A stretch of 64,000 bases of DNA from an archaeon (GCA_035288545.1 DATEAB010000045.1:1329-65328), one strand, 5' to 3'; positions 38,601 to 48,392 are shown, counted from the first letter of the stretch. The notes: generated from the letters alone by a model not told the origin. A program made the numbers and translations.

Positions 38601-40153
38601 CGATAACAGCGCAAATAACTTTTGCTCAAAATGCAATAAAGCAACTTTCCTTCTTTAGAACAATCACTCAAACTATTAATTTAAATGACTTGGTTATAAG
38701 AAGTCAGCCATTTTTGAGAATTGTCACAGGAACTTTCAGATTTAATTTCGGAGCAACTGCTGTAAATCAAACTGGAACCACCACTACCACAACATCCTCT
38801 GCTGGTCCAGGCCCAGCACCAAGTGCAGGCAGTGGAGCAGGCAGTGGAGCAGGCGGTGGTGCAGCCGCTGCCCCAGGAATTCCTATCTCGATACTAGCAC
38901 CACCACCGTCATTCATTCCAACCCCAACGGTTGCAATTGACTTTACACAAATAGAAGTGCTGCAGGAAGTAGTTCCGGATCAAGCTCAAAACATATCGTT
39001 TGAAATTAAGAACAAAGTCAACACGACTCTGGGCAATGTTACTGTCACTTTCAGTGGAGTGCCTGAAGATTGGATTAAAGAAAAACTTGTTGGCAAGAGT
39101 CTTAATCCAAATGAAAAAACAGAATTCGAAATCCCCGTATCGCCATCTCGAGGCACAGGGAGTGGGGATTATCGTGTGGATATTAGTGTAAAAGCCGGAG
39201 GAGTCGTCGATAAAGGATTTTTCATAATTCGTGTCAAACCTAACGCAGGAGAAACCAACGCACCTTCTGTGACAAGGTCAGTTGTGGTGAACAGTGAGGA
39301 GAAAAAGACAACCTTCACATTAAATGTTGTAAATGTGAAAGGAACAGACACAGTAGAAGTGCAAGAAGATATACCAAAAACAATTGCGAACAGCACAAAG
39401 GAAATATTTTTTGACACTCCGCCGACAAAGATAATAAAGGACGATCCGATTGTCGAATGGCAACTCAAAAATTTCAAGAAAGGAGAGAGCAGGATCATCA
39501 AATATTCTGTTCAAAAAATTTTGGTAGATTACGCCCCGTATGTTTACTTCCCATTGAAGCAATTTAGCATATCTTCCAAATCAACATTAGAAAACTTCAA
39601 GTTGCTACTGTTTGACATTCCACCCTTCTATTCGGGACATGCGTCAATTGTTACGTTAAGAATTGAAAACTCAGATTCAAAGTCCCACAACTTCAGCTTC
39701 GCAATGGGACTTCCGGAAAAATGGAGCGTACAGCCGCAGCAGATAAACGAAATTATTGGTGACAACGAGCAAAGGGAATACAAGCTCTCTGTTTATGCTC
39801 CTTCGAGCGAACCTTCTGGAATTCGCATCATTCAGGCTCAATATGCCTGGGATGATTCAGCTGTAATAAGAGAGTATAGTGTGATTGTTTCACAAATAAT
39901 TTCATTTGACACCATAATCTACATCACCATTGTAATAATTGTAGTATCGGCAGCATATTTTGCAATAAAATCCTATATATCTTATAGAGGAACTCCAATG
40001 GAAACCTTACGAAAACTGAGAGCAATAGTAAAAAGCAGGACACCGATTCATCTAGCGCCTCATGAGCATTCCAAACAATACAGTGGCATTTTTTACGACG
40101 CGCTGTATCATTCAAAACATCTGTCGAAAAACAAAAAGGAGAATAAGTTATGA
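35639..40153 (+). CDS. Giant membrane-anchored surface protein (1504 aa) with central 20-aa repeat stalk and Ig-like domains
   Basis: Signal peptide; sequon-rich N-terminal head; about 27 repeats of about 20 aa; T/G/A/P linker; Ig/NEW3-like domains; C-terminal TM. Confidence 0.85.
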   Translation: MKVNKIIANRIILLAAVFISFSLMGIFVSLILFAEPAKAEVRVWRYNATNASLFSVFNKSDDDTTTPPAWTSGWDGSNVSASYYANVLGAQGTGINVTSGGQNDEPWVRFNVTIIQNKSQIVWVHVSLTQRKNSLADGGEDCTYIMANYTSSGGTGQWFKFASDVTGITDTQRSFNLSRLTDSDQFENITDGYATGKNLQVGNLVIRANGINEDADEGCVVTNASVHVGYDDTAPIWSNATNNFTYAYPSIKTVAAMRGELINISANVTDNYGVFTAWLLTNETGGDRNYTYDQLANSSNYTIRILGGGSIIDQAHNTTTEGAMVNWTWQNMTGAPRAIKWHIFVNDTANNTNGTTNGASGIADIGNFTMWGWANVTPPNWLSSQMVPASATPGNVVYIQVNVSDVNLTWLEPINSYNVTFFYRQEPGNYVSLGANWTNSSGIAGFYWDTTGLSGGRYFPMANITHNATLFYNTTYVHNSTNGTIDLAAAAVVNYGNGTLQVGVSSSTDRAQTVKRAPIINLVQNPITAQIVGLFKSLTNAINALTSIPAIFAPLRLSIISPILSTPISNFFTQVKSIAQAITSNFVSSNLGYISRSIANAITTSPLTARIVSLIKIITSPFVFAFQTIAGKVLQFQTSLTLSVTSTASRIFTGVRPISNAITFSTITARITNFGRSLINALSFNTIATRTASFFRTISQPFTFTTQVTGVFAQGVQVINRAVELALSITNTATRIFTAVTFPTQQLSFTTLVQRITLLNKALTNTLSFNALAIRSATFLRIASQSSTFLTNVTTAITILTSRVATLTISMINTATRIFTAVTFPTQQLSFTTLVQRITLLNKALTNAISFNTISSRIAIFSRQVSQPFVFSFDLFTRVIVGGIAERTAALQISLSNSASAVLTAARFPTSAITTNTIVLRTQLLFKALSQTLNFSTISARILSTTRTVFTNLTFLTSSIRTRIVPRVTTAAITFSNAIEKSLLFVRPITAQITFAQNAIKQLSFFRTITQTINLNDLVIRSQPFLRIVTGTFRFNFGATAVNQTGTTTTTTSSAGPGPAPSAGSGAGSGAGGGAAAAPGIPISILAPPPSFIPTPTVAIDFTQIEVLQEVVPDQAQNISFEIKNKVNTTLGNVTVTFSGVPEDWIKEKLVGKSLNPNEKTEFEIPVSPSRGTGSGDYRVDISVKAGGVVDKGFFIIRVKPNAGETNAPSVTRSVVVNSEEKKTTFTLNVVNVKGTDTVEVQEDIPKTIANSTKEIFFDTPPTKIIKDDPIVEWQLKNFKKGESRIIKYSVQKILVDYAPYVYFPLKQFSISSKSTLENFKLLLFDIPPFYSGHASIVTLRIENSDSKSHNFSFAMGLPEKWSVQPQQINEIIGDNEQREYKLSVYAPSSEPSGIRIIQAQYAWDDSAVIREYSVIVSQIISFDTIIYITIVIIVVSAAYFAIKSYISYRGTPMETLRKLRAIVKSRTPIHLAPHEHSKQYSGIFYDALYHSKHLSKNKKENKL
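37832..38175 (+). repeat. Exact 98-bp direct repeat (37832-37929 and 38078-38175) inside the giant gene
   Basis: Identical DNA 246 bp (82 codons) apart. Confidence 0.9.
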
Positions 40154-41400
40154 GAGCTAGAAGTATTGCAATAATTTCGTTGATTTTAATTGCAATTTTG
40201 GTTTCAGCACTTTCAGATGTGTTTACTGTAAGCGCGCAAGAGAAGCTAGCCGAAATTTACACTTTAGCCTACGAGCCAGAAAAACCGGTCGTTCTTGAAA
40301 GTATTCAGTTTACAGTTGGGGTGAAGAACAATGAAAATCAATTACGAAATTACAGACTGGAACTCATAATAACGAAAGATGGAATATTCAAGGATTCGCA
40401 AGAGTTCACATTTAATTTGAAACCTGAATCAAGTACAGCATTTTCTCCAAACTATATTCCTGACGACATAAATGATTTTGATCTTATCACAAAACTTTAT
40501 GACGCAACCACTTCTCAACTTTTAGATTTGAAAACTTTGAAATTCAGAGTGGTTAGCGAAATAGGGCCATTTGATTTGGAAGTAAACGTTCCGTCTAAAT
40601 TTATAAAAGCAAACTCCATTGCACCGGTAATTCTAACTCTTTCAAATAAGGGAATCAATGGAACAGATATAAACGTCGAGATTGAATTGAAATGTGTTAA
40701 TCAAAGCAATATTAGAAGTTCATTCTTTTTCTTCATTCCAACGACCTCTGTGGAAACAAAAATAACTCCCATTCAAACTTGTGATGAGGAAGGTCCACAC
40801 GAAATATCTGCGAGCATAATACTTTTCAACAAGACATGGATATCTTCGGCCAATCAATTTTTCCTTAATAAAACTTATCAGGAACTTCTTTTTGATGTTC
40901 CAACTAAGATTAACATTAATGCCGGTGAGTCAAAAATATTCGACGTGCAAATTCGCAACACGGGAACGACCACTCTTCATAACCTAAGACTTCTCGTTTC
41001 AATAATCTCAAATAACTGGATAAAAATTTCTCCGCAAGCAGTCACCCAGTTGAATCCCGGAGAATTTTCAATATTTGTCGTAAACATAACAGTGCCAAAA
41101 GATGCATCATCACAAGAATTTCCAGTTGGAATAGCAGCGGCCGCCGACGAGTTGCTGACAAGAAAGGAGACAACTTTTAATGTGGCGGCTCTATCGGCCC
41201 TCCCGCAGATATTAAATATTTCTAGTAAAGAAACTATTCCAAAAATTGTTCTGCCAAGAATTTTAACCGATAATGCAACTTACATTCTTATCGCAGTTTT
41301 AATTTTGGTTGGCATTTTTGCATTAATAAAAACGATCGAGGTACAGCGTAGAAGCAGAAGGGAGGAAGTCGTTAGAAAGTTGAAGGATCTGATTGGTTAG
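40150..41400 (+). CDS. Exported Ig-like (NEW3/CARDB-like) domain protein with C-terminal TM
   Basis: Signal peptide, IRNTGTTTLHNL, LNPGE, VPKDA motifs; TM plus basic tail. Confidence 0.75.
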   Translation: MRARSIAIISLILIAILVSALSDVFTVSAQEKLAEIYTLAYEPEKPVVLESIQFTVGVKNNENQLRNYRLELIITKDGIFKDSQEFTFNLKPESSTAFSPNYIPDDINDFDLITKLYDATTSQLLDLKTLKFRVVSEIGPFDLEVNVPSKFIKANSIAPVILTLSNKGINGTDINVEIELKCVNQSNIRSSFFFFIPTTSVETKITPIQTCDEEGPHEISASIILFNKTWISSANQFFLNKTYQELLFDVPTKININAGESKIFDVQIRNTGTTTLHNLRLLVSIISNNWIKISPQAVTQLNPGEFSIFVVNITVPKDASSQEFPVGIAAAADELLTRKETTFNVAALSALPQILNISSKETIPKIVLPRILTDNATYILIAVLILVGIFALIKTIEVQRRSRREEVVRKLKDLIG

Positions 41401-41511
41401 TCGATTAGCTGATCAGTTGCTTGATTAGCTGATCGATTAGTTGAATTTAATTGCAGCAAAACAAAATTTAATTATGAAAAGTTTGCAGGAAAAGAAACGG
41501 GGGTAGGATGA

Positions 41512-42537
41512 GTGGGAAAGGTAATCGGAGTTTTTTCAGGAAAAGGTGGAGTTGGAAAGACGACACTCGTTGCTAATTTGGCAACTTCTCTGACGAAGAA
41601 CTTTAATAAGAAAGTCGTTGTCGTTGACAGTAATTTTTCGACAAGCCATCTCGGATTGCATTTTGGTTTGTATGAAGAGCCGAAAGTAACTCTCAGGGAC
41701 GTTATTCTTGAAAATGAGTCGTTGGTTTCAGCATTTTACATTCATCCATCCACAGGAGTGCGATTGATTCCCGCGCCCATCAGTGGTAGTCTTGACGAAG
41801 TAGTCGTGAATGGACTCGCAAATGTGGTCGAACAGCTCAAAGAAGACAACGACATTGTTATTCTTGATGCTGCGCCAGGATTAGGAAGAGAAGTTATTAC
41901 TACGATGAAATCGATTGATGAAGCCTTGATTATTGCGACTCCTGATATTCCTTCCATCACGGATGCACTCAAAACAACAAATCTAATAAAAAAAGTTAAC
42001 GACAAAATAAATATTTCTGGTGTGATAGTGAATAGAGTCAGAAATGAAAAGTATGAGCTGACGAGAAAGGAAATAGAATCTGCGTGCAATACAAATGTTG
42101 TAACTCACATACCAGAAGATTCAAAAGTTCCTGAGTCGATTGCAAAAGGGGTACCACTTATAGAGCTCCATCCCTATTCAAAAGCGAGTGTTGCTTTTGG
42201 CAGACTCGCAGCAGCAATGGTTGGTCAGACTTATGAGCCCAGAAGTTTTGTTTACGCTTTAATGAAACTTTTAGGAATTGTAAAAGAAGGGTATGTTAAG
42301 ATACCGCCGAGAATTGAAAGGCAACAGAGAGTAAAGAAAGTGCGATTGAAAAAAGACGAAGAAGAGAAACAAACAAAACAACAAAAAGAAAAAGGAAAAG
42401 GGAGAGAAAAGGAAGATGAAATGGAAGACGTAAAAAAATTACATGAAGAAGTTGAAGAATCAATAAAGAGTGACATAAAGAAAAGATTAGCGATGAAGAT
42501 AAAAGAAAAATTGAAGGAAAAGGGAGTTGGGGAATGA
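41512..42537 (+). CDS. minD: MinD/ParA family ATPase with charged C-terminal extension
   Basis: SGKGGVGKTT deviant Walker A, ILDAAPG, IVNRV, IPED. Confidence 0.85.
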   Translation: MGKVIGVFSGKGGVGKTTLVANLATSLTKNFNKKVVVVDSNFSTSHLGLHFGLYEEPKVTLRDVILENESLVSAFYIHPSTGVRLIPAPISGSLDEVVVNGLANVVEQLKEDNDIVILDAAPGLGREVITTMKSIDEALIIATPDIPSITDALKTTNLIKKVNDKINISGVIVNRVRNEKYELTRKEIESACNTNVVTHIPEDSKVPESIAKGVPLIELHPYSKASVAFGRLAAAMVGQTYEPRSFVYALMKLLGIVKEGYVKIPPRIERQQRVKKVRLKKDEEEKQTKQQKEKGKGREKEDEMEDVKKLHEEVEESIKSDIKKRLAMKIKEKLKEKGVGE

Positions 42538-42927
42538 ATGACGCTTAAACAATCTGAGAAGGATGAACTTATAGAAGAACTTTTGGATGCAGTCGCCGAG
42601 CAGGTTTCCGATTTGCTTGCAAGCTCTAGCTCAGTAAAAATTAGGGGAATAAATTCTTATACTGATAAATATCTCGACAATATAATCGAAATTAAACAGA
42701 GAATTTCTGCACTAGAGACGAAAACAGAAAAAAGACTTGAAGACTTTGAAATAATTGTTAACGATTTGGAGAAACAACTTAATGAAAAGTTTCATTCGGT
42801 ACATAACGAAAGCGAGCAAGAGTACTTCAGACTCACAGATCAAATAGCGAATTTACGTGCGGCGGCCATAAAGTTAAGCAATGAGATAAAGGAAATAAAA
42901 ATTCAACTCGCTCTGCGAAGGACTTAA
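42538..42927 (+). CDS. Coiled-coil hypothetical protein
   Basis: Heptad-rich helical ORF abutting the minD stop. Confidence 0.7.
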   Translation: MTLKQSEKDELIEELLDAVAEQVSDLLASSSSVKIRGINSYTDKYLDNIIEIKQRISALETKTEKRLEDFEIIVNDLEKQLNEKFHSVHNESEQEYFRLTDQIANLRAAAIKLSNEIKEIKIQLALRRT

Positions 42928-42969
42928 TAAAATATTTTTACTTTATAATGCAAAACTAATTCTAATATT

Positions 42970-43377
42970 ATGAAAATTGAGAAGGCGCAAGCAGCTCTTG
43001 AATACTTGATGATAACTTCGATCGCGCTCGCAGTAATAATTCCAGTTTTTTACTACTCCTTCTTCTACTCCAGCGGTTCTGTGAATTATTCCCAGGCTCT
43101 GGACGCTGTCAACGCGATTGGAAAAGGAGCTGATTACGTTTATTCACTTGGCGTCGGGAGCAGGACAAGAATCTTGGTTTCAATCCCCAGCAACGTGATT
43201 AATTACACAATTTCAACCAAAGCTATTACATATCAAATACGCTCATCATCGGGCGCAACTTCATCGATCACAGCATTCACAAAGGCAAACATAACTGGAA
43301 CCCTTCCAACAAATCCAGGCAATTATTACATTTCCCTAAACATGACAGAACAAGGTGTTGTAATATCAGTGTCGTGA
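42970..43377 (+). CDS. Class III signal peptide (pilin-like) protein
   Basis: KA|QAALEYL prepilin motif plus hydrophobic helix. Confidence 0.85.
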   Translation: MKIEKAQAALEYLMITSIALAVIIPVFYYSFFYSSGSVNYSQALDAVNAIGKGADYVYSLGVGSRTRILVSIPSNVINYTISTKAITYQIRSSSGATSSITAFTKANITGTLPTNPGNYYISLNMTEQGVVISVS

Positions 43378-43799
43378 GAAAGTTGAAGGCACAGGTAGGA
43401 GTCGAGACACTCTTTATTATTGGTTTTTTATTCATCATTCTAGTGGCAGCACTTTACATTTATTTCAGCAGAAGTTCGTCAATCGCTAACACAGAAGTAA
43501 TTCTCTCAGCAAGAAAAATTTGCAATGAATTCCAAACAAGCATAAATCAAGCAGCGTCAAGCAGCTTCGGTTTTCGAACGAAAGTTATTCTGCCAGATAA
43601 AATATTTTCAAACTCTTTGAACGTGACGGTTGACGCACAAAACAAAATAATATTTTTGAATTTGAGCTCAACTCTCTTGCTTTGTCCGTTGTCCTTTCAA
43701 AATATAACAAACGGCAACTCGTCATTCTTTTCCATACCTTCTGGCAATATTACAATTAGGACAAATGAGAGCGGGGTAGTCATCATTGAAAAAATGTGA
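43374..43799 (+). CDS. Class III signal peptide (pilin-like) protein
   Basis: KA|QVGVETL prepilin motif. Confidence 0.82.
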   Translation: MRKLKAQVGVETLFIIGFLFIILVAALYIYFSRSSSIANTEVILSARKICNEFQTSINQAASSSFGFRTKVILPDKIFSNSLNVTVDAQNKIIFLNLSSTLLLCPLSFQNITNGNSSFFSIPSGNITIRTNESGVVIIEKM

Positions 43800-44298
43800 A
43801 ATGAAATTTGAAGTCAAGAAATGTAAAGGACAAATAACGTCGACTGAATTCTTGATAGTTTCTGTAGTTCTTGTCATTCTTTTCACTTTTGCAACAAACT
43901 TTTGGAACATTGTGGCCTTCAGATTCGGCGAGAAGAGCTTCAGAAGCGGTTTGGAGCTCACCGCCCTGGACATTTCGGACATCCTCATCAACACACCTGG
44001 AACACCCGGCAACTGGCAGGACGACACTTCGAAAATATTTTCGCTTGGGATTTCGGACTCGACTCATGTCATGAATGAAAAGAAACTCATTGCATTTACA
44101 AACCTTAACTACACTCAAGCAAAAAAGGCTTTAGGCGTTCCAGCATACGACTACAAATTTAGGATTAGAACACTCAACGGGACTGTGATTTACCAGTCTG
44201 GGCTAGACCCTTCTGCAACAAGCCAAATTGTTGTCATCACTCGTTTCGTACTTTTGAAAAATGATATCATGAAAATGGAGTTTGGTGTTTGGTCGTGA
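43786..44298 (+). CDS. Minor pilin-like protein (start may be ATG 43801)
   Basis: KG|QITSTEF; LINTPGTPGNW and SLG motifs. Confidence 0.8.
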   Translation: MKKCEMKFEVKKCKGQITSTEFLIVSVVLVILFTFATNFWNIVAFRFGEKSFRSGLELTALDISDILINTPGTPGNWQDDTSKIFSLGISDSTHVMNEKKLIAFTNLNYTQAKKALGVPAYDYKFRIRTLNGTVIYQSGLDPSATSQIVVITRFVLLKNDIMKMEFGVWS

Positions 44299-44747
44299 AA
44301 ATATTCAAAAATGAAAAAGGATTTTTCTTTGCTGTTGATTCGCTAATTGCTGTAGTGATAGCTTTCATCTTTATTGTTGGAGTTGTCTTTTTTGTTAATC
44401 GCGCTTCGGAAGACAAGTTTGCTAACTTGTATCTTGAGAAAGTTGCTAATGACATTCTTTTTGTGATGAATAAAAACGAAACACTGCAGAGTTTGGACAA
44501 CAATAAGATTCAAGGAGTTCTTGCAGGAGTTCTGCCGAAAAATCTAGCTGCTAACCTAAACGTAACTACTTTCAAATGCACCGACCAGAGCTGCAATACT
44601 TTCACGTACAACAACAACATAAACATTCTAACTCCTGCGAATGCTGTTGAAAGCGATGCAGTGATTGCGCGGACAGGTTTTGTGACTTTCAAAGCAGGTA
44701 AGATAGATCTTTTTGCAACTGCCGAGCTCAGGATTTGGTTGATATGA
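44289..44747 (+). CDS. Minor pilin-like protein
   Basis: KG|FFFAVDSLIA prepilin-like motif. Confidence 0.78.
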   Translation: MVVKIFKNEKGFFFAVDSLIAVVIAFIFIVGVVFFVNRASEDKFANLYLEKVANDILFVMNKNETLQSLDNNKIQGVLAGVLPKNLAANLNVTTFKCTDQSCNTFTYNNNINILTPANAVESDAVIARTGFVTFKAGKIDLFATAELRIWLI

Positions 44748-45685
44748 GTGCGATTAAACTGAAGGCAAAAGGTGTTGTGTCTTCGCTCATAGTTCTGTTA
44801 AGTTTTGTCACAATTTTATCGCTTGCAATTGTTTTTTCCAACAGGAGCAGCGAGACTTCTGATATAGTTGCAAAGGGCGTCATTTCCGACAGGATTTTCT
44901 ACAAATATTCTGCATTGCAGGAGGCATTGCTGAAAATACTAAAAGGAGTTGCTGCTGATTTCGGCGGAATAAATGTCTCGACTCAGGAAAACGGTTTTAA
45001 CATCGTGACAATTGATGAAGTTCTGCCAAGAGTAACGTCTAGTTTCAAGACAGAAGCTGACAAGTTTGAAAGATTCGCAGAACAAAAAATGAATGAGACA
45101 AATCTTTTTGTCGACCTAAGCGTTACTAATTTCATCTGCGGCGCACTGACGATCAATCCGTACGGAATGAATTACACTCATTATCCTTCAGACTGTTCCA
45201 ATCAGCCAGCACAGACAAGAATTGTTTCAGACCCTGGCAATAGTTGGAATTATCTTAACAGTTATGAGTTAGTTTTTCGTCCTAATGGAGCAATTGCAAA
45301 CGCAAATCTAGTTGGATGGAACGGTCCTGGCTGCGACAAGGGAAATTTGAAACTGAATATAACAATTATTGGCACAGACACCACTTTCGGGCCGGTCGTG
45401 ACGACGACAGATCCTGCGAAAATGTGCAGATACAACGCAGATAACCTAAACTGTCCGGGAGGACTCGGCTTTATCCATGTGATTCACAACCAAAACTCCG
45501 GTGACAATGACAAAGGAGTGCTGGACGTTCAGGTACAGACTAATTGCAACGTCACGACAAGAGTCAGAATCAATTTGACAGACATTCCTGGCAAGCTCGA
45601 AGTTGTTTTTCCGGACAATCAAGCAATAAAGGTAAAAGAAACGCTATATGAAATAGAGAAGAACAGTTCGATTAGAATTTCATAA
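44735..45685 (+). CDS. Large minor pilin-like protein, Cys-rich C-terminal domain
   Basis: KAKG|VVSSLIVLL leader; six Cys. Confidence 0.72.
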   Translation: MVDMSAIKLKAKGVVSSLIVLLSFVTILSLAIVFSNRSSETSDIVAKGVISDRIFYKYSALQEALLKILKGVAADFGGINVSTQENGFNIVTIDEVLPRVTSSFKTEADKFERFAEQKMNETNLFVDLSVTNFICGALTINPYGMNYTHYPSDCSNQPAQTRIVSDPGNSWNYLNSYELVFRPNGAIANANLVGWNGPGCDKGNLKLNITIIGTDTTFGPVVTTTDPAKMCRYNADNLNCPGGLGFIHVIHNQNSGDNDKGVLDVQVQTNCNVTTRVRINLTDIPGKLEVVFPDNQAIKVKETLYEIEKNSSIRIS

Positions 45686-45710
45686 AAGGAGAAAATAGAA
45701 AGGGATTGAA

Positions 45711-46739
45711 TTGGCAGGCATTTTGGATTGGTTGAGAAAAATATTTTTTGGAAGAACTGCAGAAGAAAATAAAGCAGCGACGATAGGCAGAATTCTGAGA
45801 GGAAAAAGCAGAAGAAGACTTGCAAAGAAAAAAAGAAAAAAAAAGTTAGTGAAAATCAGGGTAAGAAAAATTCCTCGACGCGTGAAAAGATTAAAACCAA
45901 AAATTAAGAAGCCACTCATAAAGTTCAGCGTAACAAGAAGGCCAAGAGCGGTGCAACAGAAGCCGCAGCAAAAACAGCAGCCAGCCCAACTATCTCAGGC
46001 AACTCCTTTGATGCAGAAAGCAATGATAGCCAAGACGTCGAAGAAGCCAGAAATTCACAAACTCCCTGAAGAGATAACACGAGAAGTGATTGTTTCTGAC
46101 ATAATGGTGAAAAATGTTTACAAGGTGAAGACAGACGATACGCTCAGTTATGTTGTTCGTCTTTTTGCTGACAAAGGAATAAGCGGCGCCCCGGTTATAC
46201 ATGACAACACTTTCGTTGGAATAATCAGCGAGAGTGACGTGTTGAAAGTAATAGGAGCTAAAGATCTGCTCAGCATAGGAGGACTCGGATTGAAACGTCT
46301 GGGGGAAATAAAAGTCGAGCAGGCGATGAACAGAAATTCAGTGACAGTCAATGAGTACACCTCTCTCGCCCAGGCTGCTGACTTGATGAACAAGTATGAC
46401 GTGACGAGGCTGCCAGTGCTTGACGAGCGGCGCAACATTGTAGGCATACTTACAAGATCAGATATAATCCGAGGAATATCGAAAGAAATTTTGTTCAGAG
46501 TTTTGAGGAGAAGGCCAGAAGAGATTGCAAAGCTGCGATTGAAAATCGAAACAGACATCGACGAGATTTTGAGAATTGTTGAGAGGAAGGGACTGATCAG
46601 CGTCGAGGAGATTCAGAAGAAACTAAACATCCCGGAAGATAAGATAGAAGAATGGGGAAAAGTTTTGGAAAAGCACGATCTTGTTGAAGTTTTCTATCCC
46701 CCTATCGGAAAGCCTGAGCTGAGAAAGAAACCGAAGTGA
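45711..46739 (+). CDS. CBS-pair protein with Lys/Arg-rich N-terminus and C-terminal wHTH-like domain
   Basis: ISGAPV...GIISESD and RLPVLD...GILTRSD CBS motifs; ETDIDEILRIV...IEEWGKVLE tail. Confidence 0.85.
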   Translation: MAGILDWLRKIFFGRTAEENKAATIGRILRGKSRRRLAKKKRKKKLVKIRVRKIPRRVKRLKPKIKKPLIKFSVTRRPRAVQQKPQQKQQPAQLSQATPLMQKAMIAKTSKKPEIHKLPEEITREVIVSDIMVKNVYKVKTDDTLSYVVRLFADKGISGAPVIHDNTFVGIISESDVLKVIGAKDLLSIGGLGLKRLGEIKVEQAMNRNSVTVNEYTSLAQAADLMNKYDVTRLPVLDERRNIVGILTRSDIIRGISKEILFRVLRRRPEEIAKLRLKIETDIDEILRIVERKGLISVEEIQKKLNIPEDKIEEWGKVLEKHDLVEVFYPPIGKPELRKKPK

Positions 46740-46769
46740 TTTTGAAAGGCATGCAACAAGTGAATAGTT

Positions 46770-48329
46770 ATGAAAGTGAAAGATTTTGGAAAAGAAAAAG
46801 ATGAGAACAAGGTAATTGAAAAATATTTCGTGGAATCTTTCAAAGTAAAGGCAGAAGTCAATATAGAAAAATCGCTGAAGGAATTCGTGCCCGTTTACGT
46901 TTTGAAAGTTCCGGATATCGAGCCAGGAACGCTCGCATTGATGGATCTGATACGTGAAAAAATTTTGACTGAGATTTCCATAAAAACTTCCGAGCTGTTG
47001 AACCCTCGCGCGCTTGAAGAGCTGAAGGACAAATTTTTCGAACGGGGGTTCGATTTGTTAAGGAGAGAACTACCACATGCGAATGAAGATGTGTGGGAAT
47101 TTATTTCAGGTTCCCTCGTTCATGAAATGCTTGGACTTGGGAAAATCGAGCTGCTGATCAATGACGGCGAGCTTGAAGATATTGTCATCAATAATGCTGA
47201 TGAGCCCGCGTGGGTTTACCACAAGAAGTATGGATGGCTGAAAACTAATGTCTACGTTCCGAACGAGCTGCAGATTCAGAATTACGCATCAATCATCGGA
47301 CGTCGTGTAGGAAGGCAGATCACAACCCTCTCACCTCTCATGGACGCGCATTTGACGACAGGAGACAGAGTCAACGCAACACTCTTCCCTCTCAGCACCA
47401 AAGGAAACACGATCAGCATAAGAAAATTCAGAAGAAAGCCATGGGTCATTACAGACTTGCTCGAGGCACACACTCTTAGTTTCGATGTTGCGGCTTTACT
47501 TTGGTCGGCTGTTCAATATGAAATGAATACAATTGTTTCTGGTGGAACAGCAACAGGAAAAACAACTTTCCTCAATGTCCTCACACCTTTCATACCGCCG
47601 AACCAGAGAATAATCAGCATAGAGGACACTCGTGAGATCCAGCTGCCACGTTTCTTGCATTGGGTACCGCTGACAACGCGTGAGCCGAATCCGGAAGGAA
47701 AAGGCGAGATAAGCATGCTTGACTTGCTGGTCAACAGCTTGCGAATGAGACCTGACAGGATTATAGTAGGTGAGATTCGTCGTGCCGAACAGGCAGAAGT
47801 CCTATTCGAGGCAATGCACACAGGTCACAGCGTTTACGCCACGCTGCATGCAGATACTGCCGAGCAAACGTACAGGCGACTGGTGAACCCGCCGATAAAT
47901 GTTCCTATAGCTTTGCTCGAGGCGCTTCACCTGAATGTTGTGATGTTTCGTGACAGAAGACGCGGCATAAGAAGACTATTTCAAATCGCGGAAATTGTTC
48001 CGATTCCGGACATAGAAAAGGAGAGGGCGACGATAAATGTTTTGTACAAATGGCATCCTGTGCATGACAAGCTTGTAAAGCTACATGAAAGCAAGCGAAT
48101 AGTTGACGAGCTCAAGCTGCACACTGGGATGACCGACAGGGAGTTCAAGCAAGACTTGAATGACAAAGAAAAAGTTTTGAAGTGGATGCTGAAGCAAAAT
48201 ATCAGAACAATTGACGGAGTCGGGAAAGTTATTTTTGAGTATTATTTCGATCCTAGTAATGTTTTAAATGTTGTTAGGAAGAATTTGAAGCCGACTGCGA
48301 TTGTTCCACCGGATTTGCTGAAGGAATAG
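46770..48329 (+). CDS. Type IV pilus assembly ATPase (CpaF/TadA/VirB11 family)
   Basis: GGTATGKTT Walker A, SIEDTRE, LRMRPDRIIVGEIR, HTGH...TLHA. Confidence 0.95.
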   Translation: MKVKDFGKEKDENKVIEKYFVESFKVKAEVNIEKSLKEFVPVYVLKVPDIEPGTLALMDLIREKILTEISIKTSELLNPRALEELKDKFFERGFDLLRRELPHANEDVWEFISGSLVHEMLGLGKIELLINDGELEDIVINNADEPAWVYHKKYGWLKTNVYVPNELQIQNYASIIGRRVGRQITTLSPLMDAHLTTGDRVNATLFPLSTKGNTISIRKFRRKPWVITDLLEAHTLSFDVAALLWSAVQYEMNTIVSGGTATGKTTFLNVLTPFIPPNQRIISIEDTREIQLPRFLHWVPLTTREPNPEGKGEISMLDLLVNSLRMRPDRIIVGEIRRAEQAEVLFEAMHTGHSVYATLHADTAEQTYRRLVNPPINVPIALLEALHLNVVMFRDRRRGIRRLFQIAEIVPIPDIEKERATINVLYKWHPVHDKLVKLHESKRIVDELKLHTGMTDREFKQDLNDKEKVLKWMLKQNIRTIDGVGKVIFEYYFDPSNVLNVVRKNLKPTAIVPPDLLKE

Positions 48330-48363
48330 TCAAAGAACAGTCGAGGAATAGTCAAAGAACAGT
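48322..48363. repeat. 20-bp direct repeat AGGAATAGTCAAAGAACAGT x2 at the ATPase stop
   Basis: Copies at 48322-48341 and 48344-48363. Confidence 0.8.
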
Positions 48364-48392
48364 TAGGTCAGAAAAAATAGGAGTTGAAATAA

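Noticed and set aside
33617..40153. Intact provirus
   Set aside because: No integrase, terminase, portal, capsid or att repeats seen; the proteins have host-type export signals
26902..40153. Both giant ORFs are exactly 1504 aa
   Set aside because: No sequence similarity between them and start choice is uncertain; treated as coincidence
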